Positions 28,726 to 39,350 of a stretch of 64,000 nt of DNA are shown here, one piece after another; position 1 is the stretch's first letter; every line of letters begins with the position of its first letter. Made by a program: the position numbers and the translations under genes. A model generated the notes under the pieces. That model saw nothing but the letters and a program-made list of their open reading frames with translations. It had not been told where the DNA came from and did not search any database. The stretch is from Bugula neritina (Eukaryota; Animalia; Bryozoa), in contig OZ037767.1 in the NCBI GenBank assembly GCA_964035545.1, positions 22,150,628 to 22,214,627 on the forward strand, written 5' to 3'.

Positions 28726-31700
28726 TCAGCGTACAGAATCGTATCGAGTTGTGCTGTAAACAGAGTGCTCATGCTTACTTCCTAATGTCTCTCTACAGCT
28801 CCTGTACTTGCCAATAAAGAATGATCTGTTGAGGAATAATATCACCATGGCGATAGCACCCACAATGCCTAGCACAACACCAAGTACAATGTATGTTTCA
28901 CCTTTTGGAGGCTTTTTACACACCAAGTCAGCCAGAGTGAAACTCATCAGTGGTGATCCAACCTAGACAGCAACAAGACCAACTGAAATGGCATTTCTTA
29001 GGCTTCACTCAACTCAGAGCACACAAATCTAGTTAGGGTTTGCTATGACTTATCAGCATTTCAATGAAAGTTCTAAACTTTCCTTGGTGGAAAATAAATT
29101 ATTATTTTCACCAGAAAAGCTCATAATATATCATTTTAGAATGTTTCATGCAACCAAGTGACTTTTGTATTGTAAGACCCACTACATCTAACATGTTTGT
29201 GGTGAACTCTTCTTGTACTTTCTCATATATGTTACTTCCATTGGCACTGTACTTTTAAGTAACGTAAATTTAGTGAGTTCACAGATAAACCTCGATTTAA
29301 GAAGTTTTCGGTGGTCCCTCTCACAGCATTTCTTACAATTGAAAATGTTTGTAAACTACTTATGAACAATCTTACTAACTACAAGTGAATTAAGTTAAAG
29401 ATAGGATAAGACCTTAACTTCTTACCATAGTGTCTAAGGGGGCTGATGAACAGGTTAGCTTATTGATGTCTTTCACTAGAGTCTTGTTATCAGTATTCAA
29501 CCATCTCCAGAGGTCATGGACAGAGCAGTCACATGCAATAGGGTTCTCTGTAAATACACAAGCACTTATACATGTTATACTATATCACGAATTAAAATTG
29601 GCAGAATAGAGTTTTATTCCAAAAATATTAAACCATATGAATATTTACAAAAAAATAATGAATACAGGAATAAGAGATAAGAATTAAATTAGATTCAGAG
29701 ATTAGAGTAACCAGCACAGTTTTAAACACATGCATCTCCACTAAATATTTAGGTCACACTTATATTATATTAAATTCATAGCTAAACTATTCAATACTAG
29801 GACTGGGCAGTAATACCTCAACAACAAGTAAGAACAAATATCAAACTCAAATAGCACTTGTTAAAGTTTTGGCAAAATTCCTTAGCATCAACTTATGAAA
29901 AGTCAATATTTGATAGTTTCTTTGACAAAGAGGTAAGAATAAAGCTGTGTAGTAACTTATTAGCCCAAAGTACACAAATCACAGCATCTAACATAATAAT
30001 CTACATAGCCCAGGGCAGTGCTAATTAACTAATGCAGTGTATATTAACTAAATTTGCATTGCTGTATGCATAAACATATATATTACAATACAAAGATAGA
30101 TGTAATGATTATTTTTATATGCATTTGCAAAACCCATCATGTACATGTATGTTTTAGACTAGAGCTGCAGTTGCTGGAGATGTCACCTTTTTTATGCTAA
30201 AGTGTACCAAGTGGGAAAAGACATTAAAATGGAGCAGCTAAAACTGCAATACATGCCAACCCCATCCAAGGGCTTAAAAGTGCAGGGTTAGTAGGTCAGA
30301 AGTACCCGGATGCAGGAATACAACCCTAAGGAGTAGTTACAAGATAAGTTTAAGAAAAAACTTAGGCTATGTGTTGTGAATGTGATAAGTGGCAAGATGG
30401 TTAACGGATTTTAATAGTTTCAAAATTTTTAAGTTACAGTATTCTTTCTCTAAACTCCAATTTTTTTAAACATTGATAAAGCTGGTAAAACTTCAAAGAA
30501 TCTGTGAGCCAAGTTGTAAAATCTCAATAGTTGATGCATGGAAATACACTCCTTTTTAACTTCTTCCAATTATACTATTTGATAGATATGTACCGTGCTA
30601 CTAGTAAATACTGTTACCAGCTAGCTAAAACTCAAGCATGTAGTTCGGTTGATGGCATTACAACATGGAATATGGCAAAATTGAAAGACAATTTTTTTGA
30701 TTTTGTGAATTAATATTTACATTATGTCTGAAATAGTAATACATAAAGCTCACTTTGAAAAAAAAAAACTACACAAAGGTATAGTAAAAGAAAAAAAAGA
30801 TAAAAAGTAGAGGTGGAATGTGGAAGAATAAGGCATGGGTTGATAGCAAAGAGGAGGTGTAGAAAATAGGAGTGTTGTAGGGGTAAAATATGAAATTAGA
30901 ATGTGTGTAAAGAATATATCACAGCTTTTCCAAGCTTCGCATTATGCAAATGGAGTTTTCATTTGGTGTTTGGAAACAGTTACATTGAATGAAACTATAA
31001 CCATAAGTTTATGCAAACCGCAACCAGAAAATTTATCCGTATGAGCATCCATTCCCATAATGTGAAGTCATGGAAACACTGTATATGAGTAACGAAGATG
31101 AACATATCTATAACTTACTATATAGAGTTACTGTTTGCAGCTGTCCCCGCCCCCCATTATACATTAGGCTAAGGTTGAACAGCAGGCTATTGTCTATACG
31201 AGTCATGCTGTTCCAGTGCAGATTTAGTATCTTCAGCTTCTTTAGTGCCAGCAGATTAAAGGCCACTCTACAACATAATTCTGAATGATCTTTTAAGAAA
31301 GTTTCTAATATATTGTCCAAGTAGCCTTAATATAATGCATGTGCTTTCAGTATGAAGTATCTGAAAGTATATAAGTATAAGAAAAAGTAACTACTTCAGA
31401 AAGTTGTTGTTAGATGGCGTGTAATATTCTGGCAACTTTCAGTGAGTCAGATGACTACCTTGGCAGGTGGCTGAGCATAAGTGACAGAATAACATGTTAC
31501 AAGATGACAACTGACTGAGAGTATGAATCCCTACATGAGCAGGTGGCTGTTTACATTCAACTGTGAGTCAAAGAGTGAAGTGATGAAAGACTTCAGCAGG
31601 TTGGTTTAGAGACCACACACACAGCTTTACAAAATGTGTACAGTTCTCACCGTGGCAGGTGGTTGTATGACAGATCTAAGATCTCCAAGTTTGTCATATT

Positions 31701-33655
31701 ATCAAAGAAGTCTACGGGTAGACCGTCAATCCTATTGTTGCTCATAGACAGACTCACCAGAGACTCCATTGAACTGTTTGTAAAAATTACGTCCAGCATT
31801 TCAAAAACCTGAGACCAAACATAAGAAAAAGGTAAAAAAGAAAGTTGTGTCAAGGAAGTATGTATGAATTTCTATTTTTACATGAGTTTTTTATAGCAGA
31901 TAGACAAGGGCTCATGTGCACAATAGCATAACCAATCAAGATGCAGAATCCAAGTATATTTTCACAGTCACCAGCCAATTACTGCTCTTTCAACACTACC
32001 CTAAAAACCTCCAACCTGTTTCTCCCTAACACACATTGATACTGAGTTTGGTAATCAACTTGTTAAAAGCCGATGTTTGTAAATTTATGAAAAACAACAA
32101 ACCTCGCTAGAGTTTTTATCTGCTGTGGCCAATGGTGCAAAAGCATTGTTTAAAGACAGAGTGGTGAGCTGGGAGTGATTGAAAACCCTGGGATGGTCAA
32201 CATTGGCATTAAAGTTCCAGTCATTATCGTCTAAAATTAGAGTTTTCAAGTTCCTCATGTAATGGAAAGCCCCGGGATCAATTCTGCAGAGAAAAATAGA
32301 AAAAGACGTCTTCAAACCCAGATAAATAAAATTGAAGGATATCAACATTTTAAAGCAATGCGAAAATCATTGATTAAAACAAAAACATTTATTATCATAT
32401 TATAACCACACAACTGATTTCTTTTTCAATCATCAATTCTTAAATTAAATAAGTTGATTTATCTGCCAAGAAACAATAATTTAGAGGTAAAAAAACAAAA
32501 TATTTGTTGACTTTCATGAATTTTCAACATGAAAAAAATTAAAGGTAGTAGAATTTGATAAATAGTCTAGATATGAAGAGTGTGCATTTGTGTGAAAAGT
32601 TAGCAGAATGAGCATGCAATAGTTAATAGCCAAACTGCAAGAAACAGAAGGTGCAGTATAATTGGGGTAATTACCAATTGAAGTGAGCAGATATAGCAAT
32701 AAAATACCATAACTAATGAGCTCAATCACTGTAATTACATAACAAATTCTGATAGGTAATAAAGTGTTCTAGCAGACTGAATCTAAGCAGTAACTAGGAG
32801 AAACCTAAAGATATTGTACGTAAATTACTGTCTGCAATAAGTTTACAGTCTGCAGTACGAATGGGATGACCCACTTTTTTATGTTATTATTAGACAGGTT
32901 GTAGGTGTGGAGGCTATCATGGCGGACAGCTCCGAGAGAGTTTCTGCCCAGATATGGAATATTGTGCCCAGTAAAGACAACTTTTGTAAGATTAGGATTC
33001 CTTTGCCCAAAATCTTGAAGATCTTCAAATGCTATAACATATATAGATATGTGAAATGAAAAACAACTTGATAAAGATAATTTAGAATAAAATTAAACCT
33101 GCAAGGAGACAGCGGTACCTGGCTGCCTTAACCAAATAAGACAGAATGCCGCAGGGTACAAGAAGCACTAGGAGTGGGTGGGACACAATGAATTGAAAAT
33201 TCACATATTCCACAAAACTATAATTTAGCTGGTTTCTAGATAATCAAATAGAAATTATTTGTATTTGAGAATTTAACAAAAAACGAGCAGGTGTAAAAAA
33301 AAATTTGGAAAAACACAGGCTGGGTGAAGCTCATCAATCATTTTAAAAAAACGTAACAAAATTTAGTTAATTATTAGCTCAAAGTTTTCAATGAGCACTT
33401 GATTCCTGAACAATAAATCACACTAAAACAGCAGACTCTAAAAATTCATACTGATTTTTGTTGCTCCGGTTATAAAAAGTGAGCTTAATTGTTTATACAG
33501 CTTTTGTAGATCTAAAGAAAGTGTAGGAAACACTAACTCATGTGATCCTGAGAGTTGCTGCATACTAGCTCAGTGTCCGACTCAGTGCAGTGGAGAATTA
33601 CAGAAGGAATGATTCCAACAATGAGTATGACGGAAGACTGGAGTAATATTAGCAT
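28726..33655 (-). CDS. Trophoblast glycoprotein (TPBG/5T4/WAIF1)-like LRR transmembrane protein; exons 33655-33538, 33031-32875, 32283-32103, 31808-31651, 31267-31119, 29547-29426, 28962-28726; 373 aa
   Basis: The seven exons join in phase (1122 nt). They encode a signal peptide MLILLQSSVILIVGIIPSVILH, LRRs, LRRCT (KNPIACDC...WRWL...LTC), and TM YIVLGVVLGIVGAIAMVILFLNR. The TM resembles the TPBG TM (recalled as YVFLGIVLALIGAIFLLVLYLNR). The tail contains tyrosines. Confidence 0.82.
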
Positions 33656-34203
33656 GCCTAAAACAATCGACACATATAAAACGCCTGAAGTGTTACGAGT
33701 ACTACTAACAAAAAATATTTACATGCACACAAAAGATGGAATTATTTTTGAAAAATTGAGATTTCCTGTTTTTTTTACATGAATGTAAATTATATATAAC
33801 ATGATTCAAGACACAGTTGCTTCTTTTTGCCTAAACAAAGTGGTCTACCTTTACTCATTCCCTCCTAAGAAAATAATTAAAAATGGGGCACTATCAATAA
33901 ATATAAAATAATATACGTTAACATATAATGTATATTAGCAAATTTCAACTTGGAAGTAATAAGTTCCCAATGGCAATATAATTATTATATTGCCGATGGG
34001 ATTGACTTGCAAACCTTTTATAGCATCTTTCCTAGTTTTTACTATTTATAATTATTTTTATACTAAGAAAGTTTTACATTGGTTGGTCAGAAAGGAAACA
34101 ATGTCAACTGGGTTTAGACATCTGAAAACAAATAACAAAAATAAAATTAAATAATTATTACTATAACTATTAGCAATTATTATTATGAGAATCACTATCA
34201 TAA

Positions 34204-34509
34204 TGTGGTGGCTCGTGGAGCTACCAGCAACACAATACGCAAGGTTGCGTATTGACCCGGAACCATGTATTAGCCAATTAGCTAGGTTGTTTTATGAGTA
34301 ATAGTAGCAGCTTCGCGCTACTAGCTCAGTTGAGGATAGTGCTGTAAATTAAATAGACGTGCGTATCATTACTGTTGTACATTAGATTTTATTATGTATT
34401 CTTGTATTAAAATATAACGATATCTACTCGACTTAACTCGGTGAAGTTTCTCTAGTGATAAATAGACTCTCTTGGTGGCACATCGATCCTAAAACTGAAA
34501 ATCATAACA
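34204..34509 (+). repeat. 5' LTR (306 bp)
   Basis: Begins TGTGG and ends TAACA. Identical to the 3' LTR except 34487 T versus 41630 C. Confidence 0.97.
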
Positions 34510-34510
34510 G

Positions 34511-34528
34511 TGGTGGCAGCGGTGGGAT
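34511..34528 (+). promoter_or_regulatory. Primer binding site complementary to the 3' end of tRNA-Leu (AAG/TAG type)
   Basis: TGGTGGCAGCGGTGGGAT lies 1 nt after the LTR. It is the reverse complement of ATCCCACCGCTGCCA-CCA, the 3' end of metazoan tRNA-Leu(AAG). Confidence 0.88.
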
Positions 34529-34542
34529 AGTGTACATCAAAG

Positions 34543-35709
34543 ATGGAGACTGAAAATGCTAGAATGCAACCACCCCCAGTAGAAGGTGAGCGTAGAAATG
34601 CTGTTAATCCTGTAAATCGTGAGGGAGAAGAAGCTTATAGACATTGCTTGAAAGCTCCCACCTTTACTGGGTCGGAAGATGTCGAACAATTTATACAAGA
34701 ATTTAGAGAGGTAATGGAGGTTGCTCAATGGCCGCATAGAGTGGCCCTTATCCAATTGCGGAGAGCGGTGACGGAACAAGCCAAGCCGTACGGAGTGGGA
34801 ACGGACGTAAACGGGATACTGGCTGCGCTGCGGGCCCGTTTTGGCATCTCCGCAATAGACGCTAGGACCAAGCTGGAGAGATTGTGCCGCACCCCGCGGA
34901 CCTCGCTGCAAGAACATGCCGCGACGGTGAAGAAGTTGGCGCAGATTGCATATAGCGATCTGCCAGCACAACACCAAGAGCGTTACACCTATGACGCCTT
35001 TGTCCAGTCACTAAACGACCTGGGCTTACACCATCAACTACGAGCTAAAGGGATAACCAGAATAGAGGATGCCCTGAAGGCTGGAGAAGCTTACCTGTTG
35101 GCTACCCAAATGCATCAAGCACGACGGAACCCACCAGTAGTTGGAGTCAGCGCTGCCAGGGCTACGACAGGTCCCGAAGCCCTCCCGCTAGAAGCCGAAG
35201 TGGACCGTATGGTAGAGATGCTGGGACAACTGGTAACCATTCTGGCCGGTGCTGGCCCCGGTCAGGCCCTGCGGGTGCCCCCAACGCCTGTGGGGCAGGG
35301 CTGGAGTAGCGCTGATCAGGACCAGGGACAGAAAGGACGACCCCAATATCAGGGGGCGTTAAACTGTCACGGCCCGCGGACACTCCCTCCCCGCGGGCCG
35401 CAACTGAAGGAGTATGGTGGGACACGCCGTCGTCTGTCCGTACGGACACGACGGAACACTCCACCCGAGTGGCAGGTACCACGCAGGACTAGTAGGCCCG
35501 CACAACGGCCGAGTACCTTCTCCCTGCCACTCGCTAACCGGTTCCACCGGTTACCTCGGGAAGAGGAGCCCGCCACTGAAATGGAGCCAGAAGGCCCAGT
35601 GGAGAGCCCCAAACCCCGCCGGCACCAACCTCGCCGCCGGAAGCCCCGTAAACCACGGGTGAAACCCCCGCCGTCCTGTCAATTCAGGATAGCACATGCG
35701 GGGGGGTGA
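34543..35709 (+). CDS. gag: Gag (388 aa)
   Basis: First ORF after the PBS. It has a capsid-like region (KAPTFTGSEDVEQFIQEF...W...LRARFG...SLQEHA...LAQIAY) and an Arg/Pro-rich C-terminus, with no intact CCHC. Confidence 0.9.
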   Translation: METENARMQPPPVEGERRNAVNPVNREGEEAYRHCLKAPTFTGSEDVEQFIQEFREVMEVAQWPHRVALIQLRRAVTEQAKPYGVGTDVNGILAALRARFGISAIDARTKLERLCRTPRTSLQEHAATVKKLAQIAYSDLPAQHQERYTYDAFVQSLNDLGLHHQLRAKGITRIEDALKAGEAYLLATQMHQARRNPPVVGVSAARATTGPEALPLEAEVDRMVEMLGQLVTILAGAGPGQALRVPPTPVGQGWSSADQDQGQKGRPQYQGALNCHGPRTLPPRGPQLKEYGGTRRRLSVRTRRNTPPEWQVPRRTSRPAQRPSTFSLPLANRFHRLPREEEPATEMEPEGPVESPKPRRHQPRRRKPRKPRVKPPPSCQFRIAHAGG

Positions 35710-38700
35710 AAGTACAACCACATGGAGAGAGCTATTTCCTACCCGGAAAGGTGACCGGCAACGCCGTCACTTTCCTGCTCGACTCCGGTTGTACTACCAA
35801 CCATCTCAGTCGTAGAGTCTTTGAGGCACTGCCCCGCCGGGACAGGGATAGAGTACGACCGTATACTGGGGAACATGGCACCCTGGCAGACGGGTCATGT
35901 ATTCCCTTTTATGGTATTATCGAGCTCCCTGGGCGTGTCAGAGACCAGGCTGTACAGGAGACCTTTGTCATAGGCCAACTGGAGGAAGATGCTATCCTCG
36001 GAATGCCCTTCTTGAAGCAACACCAGTGCCGAATAGACTTTAGCAAGTCGGTGGTGCTGATGGGCGGGCGAGAACTCGCCTGTGTGGATAAGTTTGGGCG
36101 TCCTCTGGTGGGCGGTGTTCAGGTAGTTCGAAACTGCACCGTGCCCGGACGCTCCAGAGCTACTATCCACTGCCGAGTGAACAGCAACCGGATAGCCAGG
36201 CTCGGGGTCGTTGAAGGCGCGCACGAAAGGATCCAACTCGCCAGTAGTTTAAACCGACTAACTGAGCGAGGGGAGGTCTTAGTGCAGTGTGTCAACCCCT
36301 TTACCGAGCCCATTGAGCTCCCAGCTGGATCAATGCTGGGCCAGTTCCACTCCGTCCAGGAAGAGGACGTGGGCCCGTCGCTAGGTGACGCGACGGAGGC
36401 ACCCCCTCGACACCCTATTCAGGGACGAGGGGCAGTCCCAACACATCTCCGGGAGTTATATGAAACAGCCTGCGGCGGCTGCGCGAGTAACAGAGAACGC
36501 CAAGTTATGGCTAAGTTACTACGCGACTACGGTGATGTGTTCAGCAGCGGAGAGCATGACGTGGGACTGACTGGAATTGTCAGACACGAAATACCGCTGA
36601 CTGCAGGGACAGTCCCTGTCCGGCAGCCCACACGCAGGCTGGGGCCGGAGAAAGAGAAGGAGGTTAGCCGACAAGTACGGGATCTTCTGGACCGGGGACT
36701 GATAGAGCCCGCCCATAGTGCGTGGAGCTCGCCAGTCGTACTGGTCCGGAAGAAAGACGGCAGTTGGCGGTTCTGTGTGGATTACCGCAAACTCAATAGC
36801 GTAACCATACAGGACGCCTACCCTCTACCTCGTATTGACGAGTCATTGGACGCCCTAGCCGGCAGCAAGTACTTCAGTACGTTAGACTTGCTAAGCGGCT
36901 ATTGGCAAGTTCCTCTGAGTCCCGACGCCCAAGAGAAGGCGGCGTTTATCACACGGGACGGGCTGTGGAAGTGGAAGGTGCTGCCCTTCGGGTTAACCTC
37001 CGCCCCAGCCACCTTCCAGAGGCTGATGGAACAAGTCCTTAGCGGACTCCATTGGAAGACACTGCTGGTCTACCTCGATGATGTCATCGTAATCTCTCCA
37101 GACTTCGAGACACATGTCAGTCGTCTGCAGGAGGTTTTCGAGAGACTCCGAGGTGCCGGTCTTAAGCTCAAACCTTCCAAGTGCGCTCTATTGCAGCCGG
37201 AGGTCAAGTACCTGGGGCACGTTGTTGGTCGAAACGGCGTGGCAACGGATCCTGAAAAGGTACGGGCGGTAGAAGACTGGGTCACCCCCCAAGACTTGAC
37301 CGGACTCCGGGCTTTCTTGGGGCTGGTAGGGTATTACAGGCAATACATACCGGACTTTGCGGGCATAGCCCAGCCGTTAAACCGGCTCACCGCAAAGGGA
37401 GTGACGTGGCAGTGGACCCCAGTCGAACAAGAAGCGTTCGACCGCCTCAAGGGCTGCCTACTAACGGCGCCCATCTTGGCCTACCCAGACCCCACTCTGG
37501 AGTACATCCTCGACACGGACGCCAGTGACCAAAATGTTGGCGCTGTGCTGTCACAAGTGCAGGAAGGCCGAGAGGTAGTAGTAGCCTACTACAGCAAGTC
37601 TCTCTCACCCGCTGAACGAAATTACTGCACTACCCGCAAGGAGCTGCTGGCAGTAATCAAGTCAGTGAAGCACTTCAGACCATACCTATACGGCAGGAAG
37701 TTCCGGCTGCGTACGGATCATGCCTCGCTGATCTGGTTGTGCAAGAGAGCAGAGCCCTCTAGTCAGGTCGCCCGGTGGCTCGAAATCCTAGCTGAATTCT
37801 CATACCGGATCGAACATCGACCGGGCAAGAGACACAGCAATGAGGATGGGTTGAGTCGCCGACCTGACGGAGGTTGCAAACAGTGTCTCAACATCGAGAG
37901 GAGGGATGGAGGTCCCCCGCGATGCGAGTTGGAGACGCTGGCTCATCACGGAGCACCGTTTGACTGGGACCAGGGTCAACTCAGGCAAGGAGTTGATGAG
38001 TCCCCGGAGGATGTACAAAACCTCCGCGCCAACCCTGTACTGGCCGGTAATGTTCGAGAGCTGAAGAAGCTCCAAGAAGAGCTGCCTGGAGTCGTGGCAG
38101 ACATATACCGGGCCAAAAGGGAAGGGCGACGACCCAGCGAGGAACGCATACGACAGGGATGCGCCGAGTTCCGGCTATACTGTCAGCGTTGGGACTCGCT
38201 GCGGATCGGGCAGGATGGGTTACTAACCATCTCCCTAGCTGCCAGCGGCAGACACCCGGAAAGGAAGAGGGTAGTCTGCCCCACGGCCATCCGCCGTGAG
38301 TTGATTTGGGATACTCACAAACAGGCCCACGCAGGGGTCAAGAGAGTGATATCCAAATTACGACTCCGGTGGTATTGGCCGCAAATGGAGCGTGACGTCC
38401 GACTCAGAGTCAAACAGTGTGAGATCTGCCAGGCCAGTAAGCATAGCCGCCCCCCTGGTGAAGCAGGACGGCGGAGGCTATATGCTGGTAGGCCCTGGCA
38501 AGTAGTCGCTGTAGACCTGGTCGGACCCATGCCCCTGACCCCCAGAGGCAATAATTGGATCCTAGTACTAACCGACCACTTTACTAGGTGGGCGGATGCT
38601 CTGGCTATCCCAGATGCATCAGCCCCAACAGTGGCCAGGGCACTAGACCAACATGTATTCTGTTATTTTGGGCTCCCCGAACAGATACACTCTGATCAAG

Positions 38701-39350
38701 GCGCTCAATTCCAGTCTCAACTGATGAGCGACCTTTGCCACCTCTGGGGAGTAAATCAGAGCAGGACCACCCCCTACCACCCTCAAGGTAACGGGGTGGT
38801 GGAGCGCAACAACCGGATGCTAGGTGATGCACTCCGGAGTCTCCTCCTTGGACGAGGTCAAGAGGAATGGGATACGGTGTTGCCGCAAGTCATGCGTGCA
38901 TACCGTAGCACCCCACACACCAGTACTGGTGAGACCCCAAACCTCTTGATGCTCGGGAGAGAGACTCGTGTCCCTGACCATCTCACCTATCACGTTCCAG
39001 AGCAAGACAACTCGGTTCACGAGTATGCCAGCGAACTAGTGGAACGGATGAAGGCCGCACACGATATACTGCGCGAACAGCAGTGGAAGGTGCGGCACGA
39101 AGATTCCGATGAACCACCTCTCTACCAAACGGGAGATAAGGTGTGGATGGTCAATTACCGTAGGCGCCGCGGACAGGCTGATAAACTGAAGCCTAAGTTC
39201 GTAGGACCTTACGTGATCGTCGAGGCTATGCCCAATCATACGTACAAGATTGAGCGCTCAGGACAGGTGTCTATCCAAAATGAGTCTCGCTTGAAACCGT
39301 ATTGGGCTGACCCGGCGGAGTGGGAGAAGCCCCCCCCCCCCCGTTGTTAG
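35706..39350 (+). CDS. pol: Pol polyprotein: aspartic protease, RT, RNase H, integrase (in the -1 frame relative to gag)
   Basis: Protease FLLDSG; RT WRFCVDYRKLN, LPFGL and YLDD (37071); RNase H TDAS, ELLA, TDH and NEDGLSR; integrase HHCC (THKQAH...CEIC), D-D-E (VDLVGP, SDQG, VERNN) and GPY motif. Confidence 0.95.
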   Translation: MKVQPHGESYFLPGKVTGNAVTFLLDSGCTTNHLSRRVFEALPRRDRDRVRPYTGEHGTLADGSCIPFYGIIELPGRVRDQAVQETFVIGQLEEDAILGMPFLKQHQCRIDFSKSVVLMGGRELACVDKFGRPLVGGVQVVRNCTVPGRSRATIHCRVNSNRIARLGVVEGAHERIQLASSLNRLTERGEVLVQCVNPFTEPIELPAGSMLGQFHSVQEEDVGPSLGDATEAPPRHPIQGRGAVPTHLRELYETACGGCASNRERQVMAKLLRDYGDVFSSGEHDVGLTGIVRHEIPLTAGTVPVRQPTRRLGPEKEKEVSRQVRDLLDRGLIEPAHSAWSSPVVLVRKKDGSWRFCVDYRKLNSVTIQDAYPLPRIDESLDALAGSKYFSTLDLLSGYWQVPLSPDAQEKAAFITRDGLWKWKVLPFGLTSAPATFQRLMEQVLSGLHWKTLLVYLDDVIVISPDFETHVSRLQEVFERLRGAGLKLKPSKCALLQPEVKYLGHVVGRNGVATDPEKVRAVEDWVTPQDLTGLRAFLGLVGYYRQYIPDFAGIAQPLNRLTAKGVTWQWTPVEQEAFDRLKGCLLTAPILAYPDPTLEYILDTDASDQNVGAVLSQVQEGREVVVAYYSKSLSPAERNYCTTRKELLAVIKSVKHFRPYLYGRKFRLRTDHASLIWLCKRAEPSSQVARWLEILAEFSYRIEHRPGKRHSNEDGLSRRPDGGCKQCLNIERRDGGPPRCELETLAHHGAPFDWDQGQLRQGVDESPEDVQNLRANPVLAGNVRELKKLQEELPGVVADIYRAKREGRRPSEERIRQGCAEFRLYCQRWDSLRIGQDGLLTISLAASGRHPERKRVVCPTAIRRELIWDTHKQAHAGVKRVISKLRLRWYWPQMERDVRLRVKQCEICQASKHSRPPGEAGRRRLYAGRPWQVVAVDLVGPMPLTPRGNNWILVLTDHFTRWADALAIPDASAPTVARALDQHVFCYFGLPEQIHSDQGAQFQSQLMSDLCHLWGVNQSRTTPYHPQGNGVVERNNRMLGDALRSLLLGRGQEEWDTVLPQVMRAYRSTPHTSTGETPNLLMLGRETRVPDHLTYHVPEQDNSVHEYASELVERMKAAHDILREQQWKVRHEDSDEPPLYQTGDKVWMVNYRRRRGQADKLKPKFVGPYVIVEAMPNHTYKIERSGQVSIQNESRLKPYWADPAEWEKPPPPRC

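Noticed and set aside
31268-31360. Longer version of TPBG-like exon 5 using the acceptor at 31361
   Set aside because: Contains an in-frame TAA (31329-31327). The acceptor before 31267 gives a clean LRR.
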